A stretch of 64,000 nucleotides of DNA from positions 13,525,675-13,589,674 of the forward strand of contig OZ037768.1 of assembly GCA_964035545.1 (NCBI GenBank). The letters are read 5' to 3'. The DNA comes from Bugula neritina (Eukaryota; Animalia; Bryozoa). The position numbers were made by a program, and so were the translations under genes. This document shows positions 49,360 through 63,409 of the stretch, in pieces. The first letter of the stretch is position 1. Each line of letters begins with the position of its first letter. The notes under the pieces were generated by a model, which worked only from the letters and a program-made list of their open reading frames with translations, was not told the DNA's origin and did not search any database.

Positions 49360-51800
49360 TTTTTAGTGTGAAAAGCCACAGGAATTTTAACCAATACTAT
49401 ACCAGGAACCTAATTTTAGAACACTACAAATTGCAGGTAAAAGTGTGAGCAGTGTTACAGTATTAGTTGCACGTTTTATAACTGTTGGCCCAATATTGTG
49501 GCTCAAGAATAAGACTCATTTTTCACTTTATAAATGATGAAAAGAACTTTTTCATGCAGCTCAAGGCATCTACTCATATGAATAATTATTAGCTCTTTGA
49601 GAGAATGAATTTCTGTCAACATTAATATCTGAACTGATGATTTCGCTTTTACCAAAATCGCTTGCCAGTCAAATTTTGCCAAAATCATTGTTCTTTCCTT
49701 TTTCAGTTTTAGCTACATGCAAGAACTTAAAATCTAGGCATCTAAGCACAGGGCGTCTTTGATTTTTCTTTCCTTGTGTTAAGCTTGAAGTAAAGCAGCA
49801 CATATATAATATTATAGTCTAGCAAACTATTAAGTATATCATTGTTTTCTTGCTTATTATTTGCCTAAATATCAGTTATTTTCAGTCTGACAGAAAATTG
49901 GAGAACAAAATGTGATGAAAATTTCAGGCCTTCAAATAATAAAAGAACTGTCAACAGCTAACAGAAGGCCAGCATCTTTCCGAGAGCTGCAAGCAATAAG
50001 AAGGGAGCTCAGCATGAATAAGCATCATATCTCTCATTACCTGGACACATGGCAGTTTGAAAAGTCTACATATTATAGCATATATAAAAAAAGGTTTTAG
50101 TCTTTTTACATTAAAAAGACTAAAAAAATATTCAAAATTTCTAACATGGCTTTGTCTTAAAGTATCATAAATGATATTTATCAACTTTTGTTTACAGTGC
50201 AATGCAATCTTTGCCTCAGCTTTTATTAATAACAGAGTATTTTTCAATAATTTAAACTTATTACTTTTCTTATATAAACTTGTTTAAAGTTAAATCAAAT
50301 TTATTATGCAATATTCATTACCTAGATGCATAGTTAATTTCAAAACCTGATATAAAATCATCTATGACACATTGAAAAGTAGACCCATTAGAGTTTTTGT
50401 AATATCCACAATGTAAATTGCTCTACATGCAGATTAGTTGGAACATCAAGTGATCTATAGATGGTTTTTATTCAGAAGTGCACTTATTCATCTTATACAG
50501 CATCTGTTTAATAACTGTCATTACAGAAGCTAATAATAGATGAACTAAATTATATTTAGATGATGCTTTTAAAATAAGCTAATCTTTTCTGTTGAACAAT
50601 TTCCAAATTTTGTAAATAATAAAAGCTTTGTTCTTTTGATTTAAGATAGAAAGATTTCACATCTTATATTATTGCATACACTTCTTAGTATGATTTGTTA
50701 CTAAGTCAAATTACAAATTGATAACATGTCAGTGGTATAAAAACTATTGCTGTGGTAATTAAACAGTTGAATAAAAATTTATTGTCTCAAAAAAGTGAAT
50801 TACAAGCAAACTGATGAACATATTCAGGCAATATATTGTATGATCTGACTTTAATGTAAAATATTTTATAAGTTGTTCAAATTGCATAATTTAGAGCAAA
50901 AAGTTGATTCTAGAAGCAATTTCTCCGTTTGGTTGATATAAAAATGTTCACCAAATTAAAAAAAATATCTTTGCACTTGACATTAAAGTAAACTACATAA
51001 CTGAAAATTCAGGTTAATCATTGTGTTTGTTAGAATTAATCATATTCTATATTTGTAAATTTAATACATGGTGATAACTTTTACTAGCTTAGTGAAATAG
51101 TTTCAGGCATATTAGCCAGCTAACAGCTCATGTTAACAGTAGTTTCTTTTTTCACACAAAGAGAACGTAACTCTAGATAAAAACAACTTGTAAAGAATGC
51201 AGGATGTGATGTGGACATGAATTGTATGATTTTCAAATCTATGCAGAGTCAACTATTTGTATAGCAAATGCAGCATATAACTTTTATTATGTGCCAGTTT
51301 AATAAATTTATTATATATTTTATTTATTGTTATACTTTTCTAACTGAAAAACTCAAAACATAGACATCTCAGTTATTTAAAGACTCTTTCATAGTAACTC
51401 AAGTTCATTTATATTTTGTAATTGGCCATTAATTTGTTACTCTTTCTATTAAAAATGGCCAATATTGAGAATAAGTAAAGGACTCAGAAAATAAGAAAAG
51501 AAAAATAATTTAAACATTAATATAGAAGAGTGTTGAAACAAATCAAACAGATAAGATAAACTTCAATGAAATGTTGGTAAAATTTGTATATTTGCTGGGC
51601 TTTGGTCTGGAAGCAGTTAAATACTGGAATATGAAAGAGATACAAAGATGATTCTATTAAAATGTCACAGAGAAGTTTCCAGATAAGATAGGAGCATCTG
51701 TTGATTGAACAGTTCATCTACACATCAGATAGTATTAGCTGTAGTATGGAATGGTTTGTGTAGAATATTTAGATAATAAACAGAAACATAAAAAGAAAGT
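49360..51800 (+). pseudogene. Unidentified exon-like fragments, possibly a degenerate gene
   Basis: Splice-bounded open segments near 49367-49436 (VKSHRNFNQYYTRNLILEHYKLQ|gtaa) and 49894-50092 (KIGEQNVMKISG...STYYSIYKK|gt). Other segments carry stops. I recognise no homology. Confidence 0.25.
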
Positions 51801-52639
51801 GAATAAATTGAGTATAAATAGAAGGAAACAAACAAGAAGAAAAAGAAGGCATGTCTGCAGTAAGAGCTATTATGTAAGAGTTTGATAAAGGATAAAGCAT
51901 AATCTAAATATAAACAAATTGAAACTTTTTCTTAGAAAGTTCATCTATATTGAGCTCTAACCTTCATCATTATTCTGAACACAACAACAGAAAAACTTCA
52001 AAATTCTACTTCTGTGGTTTTGGTGTGTGACAGGGTCTTGAACTGATTCAGATTCTACAGCATATAGCATTTATTTTGACATATATATATAACTTGACAT
52101 ATAAATGCAATAGTATTTTTACTGATTTTTATTGGTTGCAGTCTAAAAGCTGCTTCACACTGTTATGGTACATGATATTGAGCTACCCAGGCTTCCAAGT
52201 ATATGCACTGGTGGGGAAGTTCGTTGCCACAACTCGTTTGATCATGATTGGGAAGTTTTTTAAAGTCATGCCCAAGTCGAACTTCCTTTGCAATATTTCT
52301 TCATATTATTGACAAAGGCTTTAAATTGAAAACTTGCTGAGTTCTTTTATTTTAATATATTCTAACTTTTTTTTAGAGAATTTGTCAAAAATATTGTAAT
52401 TCATTATTTCCATTATCTGAGACTTTTACAGCCCAATTCTCACTAACCTTTTTCATAATTCACTCCTATTTATCAGATAGTAGTTTTTTAATGTCAAGTA
52501 ATATTTTGTTTGTTCGACATTTTTGAAAATATTAGATGTGTGGTTTCTAGAGAAGCTTGGTTTAGTTGCTGTTTTTCTTTAACTCATAATAATGCTCACT
52601 AATAATAAAAATTTGACTGAACTAAGAATACTTACTATT

Positions 52640-55600
52640 ATGGGCTTCAATATGTACTTCAACGGATTTTGGTAGTTGTGTCTCCTTGACTAATAGGCTG
52701 ACAATGTTGAGAGTAGGAGGGTTGAGTGAGTCTCCACCGGCCAGTAAAGTTTCTGTTACAAGATATATCAGATGTATTGCAACTTATAACTGTTAGTTTT
52801 TGATTGCAATGTTTGTAACCAGTACTGGCTAATGGCTTGTTTATAAAGGAAAAAACTTCTCTTTTCATTATAAACTCGAAATATTAAAACTATAAAAACG
52901 TTTGTGGATGAAAATATTTATTGAGCTTAATGAAAATTACACGTAAATCAAAATTTCATGGTAAGGTTTTAGATATTGTCTCAACTATGATGACATACTC
53001 TTATTTGTCCTTAATGACATTTTTGAGTAATATAAGTTTTATGTTTTACAACTATTTTCTTGGCTTCAATATTTACCAGACAAATTGCCAGGTGTGAAGA
53101 GTTTTTCTCCATCAGTTTCTTGATTCTCTTTAATATTCTGTTCCACAGATCTTTTCTCTTATCAGTATCTTCTCCCTTTCTTTCATCAGACTGTTGTGCA
53201 AACTCCTTTATCATCTCATCTATTGAAATAATTTCACTTCAATTAGAAAACATATTTGTATAGTATGGTAGCATAAAGTTTTTCAGAAAATATATAATAC
53301 CACCCTCATCATACTTTCTTTATGAAAAGCACATCACACATCATTCTGTGAAATATTTATTAATTTGACTAGCTACTTTTTTGATTTGCATAGAATTCCC
53401 TCATTAACTATCCTTTCCAGAGGCTATGCTTTCATTTAGCTGTGAAATTCTTCAAGTGGTAATTTATGTAGCTTATAGTGTAGCAATTTAGTACTTGATT
53501 CTGTATAAAATTATACTCAAAATTGAAAACTTCTTTACTGTGCAAGGTTAGAGAAACATGGTTTTGCAAGATATTTACTAAAAGCCTAAATGTGGTACTT
53601 TTTATACTAATACGAAAAAAAAACAAATAAAAAAAAGAAAAATGTGGTTAAATAAAGTACCATTTTGATACTTTTCATTTTAAACTATAAGAAAAGTATT
53701 GAAGTAATATTTCACCAGGCAAATGGTGAGGCTTAGTAGAGGTTTTTTGGTTGGCCTCTTGATTTCCCAGAGGTAATTCATTTATTTGTTCAACACCAGT
53801 TTGTATTGTATCATCAGCTTCTTTCTTTTTCATTTCTAACTCCTTAATATCCCAATTGAGAGAATTTAATTCCTTGTCCAACACATCTAATGGAACAACA
53901 AGTTAATTTATGTTAACTTTTTTTATTGCAATAAAAGCCAAACTGTTATTTTATATTTCACAAAATTTAAAAGCTGCTCAGCAAAAAAGATGCATATGTT
54001 ACCATCGCCATCAGTGATTTCTCTATCTTTGAATTCTTCACTGGTAAGTGGTAAAAATTTAGGTTCAATTTCATCTACTGAAGTATGTGTGTCATGCATT
54101 TGCTTTTTTGCTGATCCGAGTTCAGATTGTTGGCGTGATGTCACATTTTCTTTAGTAGGTTGTCTTCTCTCTTCCTTTAGATTTTTAGTGGGTTTGACAT
54201 TCTTATAGCGCTCGATGTCAGCTTGTTTGCTGTAAAATTGTAATTTAAATGGTTCAATGTGGAGACTTATACTAAAGATAGTACAAAATGACACCATAGA
54301 TTTAAGCTTAGAACAATGTAATAGATTGGAGAAGAGTAGATGAGTAGTTAATTCAACACACGCATGATTATCTCTGAACGGAAGTGAAGCTTGTGTGTTT
54401 TAGGGTGGGTTCCAGTTCCTTCAAATGTTTTAAGAAAATCCTCCAACTTAATTGGAGAGAGGAGCTCGTCTTGATTGAATCGTAATATTCTCTTGTCCCA
54501 GTTGGTCTGTGGCTACAGGAAGAAAAAGAACTGTTGTGTTGTCATTAGATCCTCCGTGCCAACAAGCACCAGCAGATCCACACTCGTTCCAGTTTTTATC
54601 TTTGGCCCATATTGGTGTTTGGACCTCAATGGCTTTGCATTAACCCAATTCTTAATAGACCTGAGTTTTGAACAGTTTCACAATAGCTGGAAAATTCTTT
54701 GTAATGGTGTTGCAAAAATGCACTGGTGTGTGAGTTGAAAGCACCGCTGCCTTCTTTAAGCCATTCTCTTTTTTTTCTTTGCTGCTACCAAACAAACATT
54801 CAATGAGTCAAACCACTATTTAAAAATGTTTTATGTTGCATTATGCTGTAGGCCTACTATATTATAATACTCATCATGTAAAAGTCTTAAATATCCCATT
54901 TCACAATTGAACTACCAACATTTCAGTGTTATAGTAAATTCACAGGAAATATGTCTGCATGAAACTTCTTCTTACCTTTGAATCCTGCGTTGATTGCCCG
55001 GGCTTTCTTTTAAGACTAGCCCAAGTACAACACAGTTATAAAATATCACCTCCCACTTACTGTAACAAATAATTATCATACTCAAAATAAACCTTTCTCA
55101 AAACATTAAAAGATTAAAACAAAACCTCGTATGCACAAAAATGCCAAATGATAACAAATAACAAAAAAATTTAAGCTATTAATATTACAAATACACTTAC
55201 TGTCAATAAGTTATTGAAGAAATAAAACTTACTAATACAACTTCACTGCCAGGAAAGTGGATATCAGCAGGAGAATGTACACAGAGTAGTACTAGAAGCA
55301 ACATATTTAAATTTATATGATCAGTTACATGAAAAAAGCATAGGAATTTTACATTTTTAGCAGCAATGGACTGTCATTTTGTAAGCTCCGTCAACACGCA
55401 ATTAATGCATCATTGTGGCACTCATTAGGTCATCATTCGTTATTGAACATTTTTTGAATATTTCATTTTGTAATTGGAACAATGTATTTAAATTAATTGT
55501 TGCAATGAGAGAATAAATTGTCTAAATCTAAATGCAGTTAGGAGTTGTATTACACTGATTTATTTTTGAAATAATATTCCTGTTTGAACACATTACATGT

Positions 55601-56960
55601 ATGCAGCATTGTATTCACACATATATCTTGGCTATATATATAGTGTGTGATTTGTGCATAAGTAAAGAATGAAACGGAGTCAAGTTGAAGGAAGTGTGTG
55701 AATGTATCAATTAATAACTCTCTAGAATGTAGGAGTGAGTACACAACCCCAAACCCCAGACAACTGAGAACCACCAGACGAATAGCCTAACCAGAAGGTT
55801 TTACTACCGTCACAGATTAAGAGAGGATCTAAAGCTAACATCGCAGCCAAGCCACATGTATTAATACACTGGATCAAAAAGACAGTTTCAGACAATTAGA
55901 CTTGGTAAGTTGATGGCTAATAAAAACGACCAACTACCAATGTGACAAATATAATAGAGAATAGCAGTATTAAGCAGAGTTATTATTGTTTAATCTGTTT
56001 CAAACTTCGATAGAGTATGAATTGGCACCTATTTTTAATTTTGCAAATGAATATTATTCAAACAAATTTTGTAGGAAACTTTATTTAACATAAATATCAT
56101 ATTTCAGTATGCTTCTTTTACAGCCTATACTCTAAAAACTTGTAAAAAGATGCATGCAGTTAGGAATAAAGTATCACAATACCTATACACGCTAGCATAT
56201 AACCTATAGCCTATACCTATACAATGACTATGTTATTAGACTTTAACAACTGTTTTTTGCAGGTCCATGAGATGAACTTCTGATGCTTTCTTAAACCTTC
56301 TTGAGCCAATGCTCATAGGTTTGGTGGTAGCAGTACTATATTATCCACTTGCTGCTTATTGGCTTGTCAGTTTTACTCTATACATCTTGCTCCTATATAC
56401 AAACAATTCTTAACTTTCAGATATGGTAATCAACTGTGAATGTGTTGCGAGTGGAGTCTTATGTATAAGTAAAAAGTCATTAATATTGCTCATCATAAAA
56501 TTATTAGATAATAGTACTATAAAAAGTATCAATTTATTATAATAAGCCATTACTATTTCAAATGAAGGTACAAAAACACTGAACAAATCTAAGCTACAGT
56601 GAATATTCCTTTAAAGTATGACAGCCAATACTTTCATTTTTATTCAGAGATTCTTCAATCAAACCCTCTGGGTCAGTATTAATGTCTAAAGACATCAGCA
56701 AAGGTGGTACAGCTTCTTCAACGCCACTTGAGGTATTCAACTCTCTAACTTCCTTTATTATTTTATGCTGGATCAGTTCTTTGAATGTGTTCTCATCACC
56801 AGCTAGCACCAGTTGCTAGTAATCTCAACAAGTTGTACTGGTACCTTTTAATGCTTGTTCTTACAAAATTATGGTCAAAGTTTACTAGGAATCACAATCA
56901 TGCACACAACACTCAACTCTGCATCTTTTTTCCATAGGTCTGGGAGGTGTAGAGTCCTGG
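52640..56960 (-). pseudogene. Unidentified multi-exon gene or pseudogene (charged, coiled-coil-like segments)
   Basis: Exons 54229-54003 and 53886-53716 have good splice sites and join in phase (...EITDGD|DVLDKELNSLNWDIKELEMKKKE...). Other coding-like blocks at 56960-56594, 55015-54977, 54784-54360 and 53240-53011 could not be joined without stops or frameshifts. Confidence 0.4.
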
Positions 56961-57266
56961 CCACTTCTATAGTTGGAGAGGAAAATTGAGATGTTTGATA
57001 TAGCAATATATTATGTCATTAATATTTTTAAGGATACCATTAAACCCAGAAATTTGCTGCATAATTGAGTTTTGAAGCGTGAATAGTGCACATATATTTA
57101 CAAAACTATAAAACTGTTACAATTTGTTATTATTTCCAATAACAAATAGCGTGCCATGCTGTGTTAACTTTTGATATTAAAAATTTTGAATCCATTCAGT
57201 AGCTATAAATAATGCAAGGAACATAATCTAAATATGTTGTATGGTTGAAACAGGTTTGCTTTAAAG

Positions 57267-57557
57267 CAAGGGTGTCCAACCTTTTCAGAGCGAGGGCCAC
57301 CGAAAGGGAATATTCTGGTGGCCAGGGCCACATTGGAAACTTTAGCCCGCTCTGGCGTGGCCACAACATTAGCATTGTTCAAATTACTTTCTTTCAAATT
57401 CATATAAATCATTACAAAATAAAGTCCCAACAGTTGCTGCATGTGTACAAACAGGACATTTACTCTTAAAAGGTAGTTTTTCACTCTAATTCAGGTATAA
57501 GCATGAAAAATAATTTTAGTTTTATGCCTTTGAGGGCCACACTATTGGACAGCCCTG
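57267..57557 (+). mobile_element. hAT (Charlie-like) MITE, copy 2
   Basis: Termini CAAGGGTGTCCAAC ... ATTGGACAGCCCTG with 8-bp TSD ctttaaag/ttttaaag. Shares TCAGAGC(G/A)AGGGCCAC and ATGCCTTTGAG(G/A)GCCACA with 7747-8031. Confidence 0.85.
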
Positions 57558-58050
57558 TTTTAAAGCATTAAGCTAGTGAGTATAATTTTTATATATTTTA
57601 GTGGTACCTGCACTGGTGATGCAACTTCATGTGGGAAACAAAAATCCAAAAGTAGCAAGCTTTTCAAGTATGGAGAGTATACATGTACATGAAAACACTT
57701 CTAGAATTGTGAAATACTATTGGTAGAGCTGCATTAACAAGGCATAAGCATGAGCTCAACAATATCACAGTTGTAATGGGTATTTTCAATAAAAGTTGTG
57801 TGGTATACATTTTTATTGTCCAGTATCTTTCTATGAGGCACTGTTACGGTAGCACTTCTGTGCACATTTTAACAACTGCAATTGTAGTTTTGTATCGAAA
57901 CTATCAGTAATATATTTTCACAAACAAGTTTTTGTCCAATGATATTAAGAAATGTATTAATATAAAATACCAAAACAAACAATAGAAGACGATTCTATTT
58001 TATACAATACTCAACATTCACACACTAATGAGAAACATTTTTTTTAATTA

Positions 58051-61000
58051 CTATCCCTTGAGAGACGATAACCCTGCCCTCATTATCTCATCCACCAGTA
58101 AGAGATTGCTGGCCACCACCGTACTAAAACAAAACACATAAAACACTATTACTAGATTAAGTTTTTTAGCTTCAAGAAAGGAGAGCTATAAATAGAGAAT
58201 AGATATATATGAAATGAAGAAACAGAACTATACTGACCATGAATTAATGAGTTGTCGCTTTACTCTAAAGTTATCTAATATACCATTGTCCCCAGGCAAA
58301 CAGGCTTCACCTAAATCAAATATTGTAAGAGCATGAGACAAAATATATTACAAACTTGATAAATGTACAGGATGTGTAAATTACAAAGATTTCAAATTAA
58401 AATGTTAAGGCGAATATCAATTAACAGACATTTATGTTCTGTAAAAGTTGGATTTGACAAATAAATTCAGTCAATAGAATACACACACTTAACATATTAT
58501 AACCAATAAATTTGGTAAGTGATTTTAAACTGAAGAACAGCCAAAGAAACAACATTAGTAACACAATAAGACTGTATTTTGCCAGATGGCTTGAGATAAA
58601 ATACCCGTTTCTAAGTCTAATCCCACAGCCTCTCCAGTATTGCTATGCTCTTCAAGCAGCTTCACCATACTTTCTTGGGCATCAAAACCACTGTTAACAG
58701 CTAAAGTTTTTGGGATAACTAAGAGAGCTTCAGCAAAAGCTTGAACACCCAATCTGGCTCGACCTTTCACTGTTTCTCTGTATTTCATGATGGCAGCTGA
58801 AGCAGCAATTTCAAAAGCACCAGCTCCTGGGACTACACCCTCTAGAAAAATTGTATCTTGTGTTATCAATTCAAATGGAAAACTCAAAGATAAGCTAAAA
58901 TCAACACACATAATATGTTGATTACTAATTGTTTTACAGAAAATCATTAGAAAGTCTGTAGGTACATAGGCAAGCCACAGCTAATATTCTAAAGTGAACA
59001 CAAATATTTTAATAACTGTTTTTATGTTTGGAAAATGTAAAAAACTAGGTGTATGTAAGTTAAGTATAAAATGTAACTTCCCAAATACTTACTATCTTCA
59101 ATGGCATTTTTCACAGCCCTAAGCCCATCATGGATTGCATCTTTAATCTGGGTGAGAGTGAATTTGTTAGGACCTTTGATAAGTAGTGTGACTGACTGGG
59201 GATTATCACATTCTTCTATAAATGTATACTTTTCTTCACCCTAAATATACGGAGAAACCAAAATAATAAGAGAGTTTATGTCTACAGACTGGACCTCAGC
59301 CATAATCACTAAAATAAAACTCGACTCTGCAATAGATGGCTGATAAGTGTGATAACAAATAGGTCTTATATTTTTTAGATTTAAAGTCAATATTCCAACA
59401 AATGAGAGCATGTAGACTGCATTGCATACCAGCACACTTTCATACACAAGACCGGCATGTCCTAGGCAGTCCGGTGTAAGGTCATCAACAGAGTTCATTG
59501 ACATTCCTCCACAAGCCAGAGTGATTCTTTCCATGTTACGTCTTTTAGCTCTACGCAGTGCCACAATGCCCTCTTTAGCCAGCATGTCCAAAGATAGCGG
59601 ATCAATTCCCTAAAATTAGGACGAGTGTATTATCAAAGAGTTCAGCACATCAACCTACAAGGTAAATGTTGCCTACAAAAAACAAGATACGTCAACTGGA
59701 GAAAGGTATGCATCAAAAGGACTAAAAATGAAATAACTTCACACCTTCATGTTGACAACAATAAACCCTTTTTTCTTTCCATCGCCTTTCTCAGCCGAGT
59801 CACACACTTGCTTCTTCAAGTCTATGATCTTCTGTACTTTACTATCTGTGAAAGCCCTCTCAGCCTGCACTAGCTTTTCCCGCTCAGCAGCAGACTTGTA
59901 GAAGAAGCCGGAGTTGACCTCACTATCAACGTAAATATTTCCTCAATTAGAATGGCCAGCCATAAACACACAATGGCTACTGCCTGCACATTGCATCTAT
60001 GAATGCTTGAGGGGAGGGGGAGTGTTAGTCAATTGTTTCAATCGATCCTTTGGAGCAGTTTCTTAGTCACTTGCTCCACCCCTCTAAGCAAATTGGGCCC
60101 AAGGGTTCAAAGTCTATTGGTATGTTGTTTTCTTTACATAATGCAACATGTAGACAGGAAAATATATATTAGTATATCGGCCATATGAGGGCAATGCTAT
60201 CACTCCAATGCATTATTTAACATCAAACAATACTCAAATGCTACCTTGCGAGAATATATCTACAGTGAATAAATCATTATGTTTTTAAGACCAACAAATT
60301 TCAAGCTGCTTAGAATACAAAAGTATAATATATTTTAGTAAGTAAAAAGCAGTACATAAGAAACAATGGAGACAAAACAGAGCAGCATTACGTGCTAACC
60401 TTTTCTCGTACTCTAGTGACACATTACAGGTGAGTATGTAGGCATCTTCAGATCTTTTAGCCATATCTGGATGTCTGGCACCGTGATCCATCACAATGCC
60501 CTTCACCAAGGTCGTATCCATGGCAGTCTTGTGTTGCATTTGCTGAATCTCCACCATATGCAGATCTATGGGCTCCCCATCTTTTTGTATCGCCAACACA
60601 GCGTCCACCACATGCTGGTAGTAGATTATAAAAGTACAGCAATTTGTGTTTTGTTGAAATGTGTGTTTACAAGAATAAGTTTCAGTAGGCAAACATGAGT
60701 TGAAAGTAAGCGTACATAATTGCTATTGAGCAGAGCGTTCAACAGTCATCTAATTTTAGACCTACATTTTTTATTTAGCTTTCACCAATCTAACTTCTAA
60801 AGACTGTTCAGTCTTTGATGAACTAACATCAGCCTTTTTTGTTACCAAAGAATAAAGATGCTAGTATTTGATGACTATTAGGGGCAATCATATGCTCTTT
60901 TTTTCAGATAATGGAAGATTTATCAGATAATTTTGGGATCAACTGAGATGGGCTGATCATAAATTTTGGTTAATTTTAGTAAATTAAGATTAGACTGATT

Positions 61001-61768
61001 TGGACAAAACTTGGCTAGTTGCATAACTAATATTAAATCATATTTAAATGAATCAATCATGACAAAAAATTACCGTCCCTATACCAATTATCACTTTAGT
61101 GAAAATGCAGTAATTTTCATTCCTAAATTTCTATAGAAGTAGTTGCAATGAAATACCTCAGTTACAGCATCAGCTAGATCTTGGTGAAGTTTAGTACGTA
61201 GTGACGTTCGAGCTACATTGATAAGAGTATCTCTGTCAGGTACTTGATTTATCATCATATTATTTAGTACTTCTAGTGCTTTGGCTTTAGCAAGATCAAA
61301 TCCTTCAGCAATAAGTCTGGGATGTAAACCCTGGGAAATTCCAAACAAATAGGAAATACAAAACCAACAAGTTGTAAAGACAACAGCTATAAATTTAACA
61401 TTCCAAATAAAACAAGGATGAGCAACCTCTGAGATGAAAACATCAGCTTGTTTTAATAACTCTCCAATGATAAGAACATTTGAAGTTGTCCCATCTCCTG
61501 TCACGTCATCCTGGGCAGTGGCCACTCTGGCAATTAATGATGCTGTTGGGTGTTGAATTTGCTGCAATCAAATTTAAACGCCAACTATACAACATAGACA
61601 AACAGTTATATTCCGAAATTGGATTATTTAGCAGCACATATGCATACCACAAGCTTTATAAATTCCAACAACCAAAATTAATCAATTAAAGTTTTAGTTT
61701 ATACCATTTCATGAAGTAGGACATTTCCATCTTTGGTCAATTTAATGTCTCCTGAACCCGAAACTAAC
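58051..61768 (-). CDS. CCT6: T-complex protein 1 subunit zeta (CCT6), 5'-partial: exon 1 lies beyond the window end
   Basis: Exons, approximate: 61768-61705 ([21 protein letters not shown]), 61561-61427 ([27 protein letters not shown]), 61330-61157, 60614-60400 ([10 protein letters not shown]), 59922-59745, 59610-59430 ([12 protein letters not shown]), 59240-59093, 58840-58605 (VVPGAGAFE), 58310-58238, 58123-58051 ([16 protein letters not shown]). Confidence 0.97.
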
Positions 61769-63409
61769 CTGTAACATTTATTTACAGAAAATTGATTTCC
61801 AAACAGTTTGATTTTATAATACTCAAATCTATAATAGCAGTGCACGGCCAAATCATATTTTCTTACAAAATAATTAAAATAAGGAAAATTTATCAAATAA
61901 TCATGCACAAATAGAAAAGCAAAAAGGTTGAACCACAAAAAGCACTGCTGGAATGCTTTATCTTTTATAAAACTCAATGAAAAACACACCAGTTTTAACC
62001 ATGTATTCAGCGGTAGTGTGATAATCATGAACAATAATATAAAATATAGACTAAAAATTCAGTAATTTACACCATGTGACTAGAAAGCTTTGGAATTAAA
62101 CTAACATACAATGGTGAAATTGAACTATATGAAGTATATAGAAGTTGCTACTGAAGCCGATTCTGTACTGCAGCAGTATAAGTAAAACTATGAAGATTAT
62201 TCTAAACAGCATACCCTACTCAAGAGATTTATATTATATGATACTAAGTCACTTTGCTGGTTATAAGTAAGGCAACTCCAAATGATTGTATGTTGAATAT
62301 TATGATTATATTTACATAATCACGTGCAATATAGAAGTAAGTGGTCTAATATTTGTTTTAGGAAGGAAATTACAGAATTGATAATTCAAGGATAGGAATA
62401 CTATTTCGGGAATACTTTTATACGACAAAATATAGAAAAAAAGGCACACAGCTCCTTATTGTTCTGTTAAAAATAATAAATATCAGATCTATATTATGCT
62501 CTACAATTTACAAGACATTGTGTACTCTACTAGTTAGCATAGCATTGCATTTCATCAACATTAGGAAATTCAACAAACATACTTTACTTTTTCAGTCATA
62601 TGTAATTTTCTCTTTTGATTAAACATAACAAAACACAACTTTCCATTTAATATTTGAGTTTCATTTTACAGTTTTGAACCAAGCTTTCTAGCAGGATTAT
62701 TCTGAAAAGAAATTAATGTATGATTTTCTAATGGTGAAAACACAAGCGAAAAACTTTTTACATGCTGAAATTGATTCACATGTTACTATTTGGACTTTTT
62801 GTGAGCAAACAAAACTGGTGGTATTTTCTCCAACTTGTCAGTGACTTGGTTTCTGTTAAGTCTATTGCTTCAAACATAGCTACCAGCTATTCAGCTTTTT
62901 GAATTCATTCAAAGAAATAGCTAATGGTAAATTATTAGCCAAGAAATATGGGCATATATTAAATTATACCATACTATTAACAACATGGCTACAAATTTTA
63001 AATTGATTATAATAAAATTAAACCACTACCAAGTTTTAGAGAATACCAAACACTGTGATTGTTAATTGGACTTAATATTAGTTTAACTAATAGTATTACT
63101 ATCAGTTCAAATATAAAATGTACGGAGACATTTGTTGGTATTACTAACACTAACAGTCAGAGTTAATTTTCTTATTATTATTAGCATAAAGATAAGTATT
63201 GGTTAAACCTAATCATCAAGTTGATTAATTCACTTTATAAGTATTGCTTTCACTTTAGGGTTTTACTCTAAAACTTTAAATTTCAATATACACTGCAAAG
63301 TTGGAGTAACAGTAACCAATACGGTGACAAATATGACATTAAATTATTCTGAACTTTTTATTAAACAGTAAGCAAGGCAGGAAAAATATGAATTTTATAA
63401 GATTTAAAA

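Noticed and set aside
57028-57038. GTATCCTT on the minus strand as a U12-type donor
   Set aside because: No TCCTTAAC-like branch site or supported exon pair found downstream.
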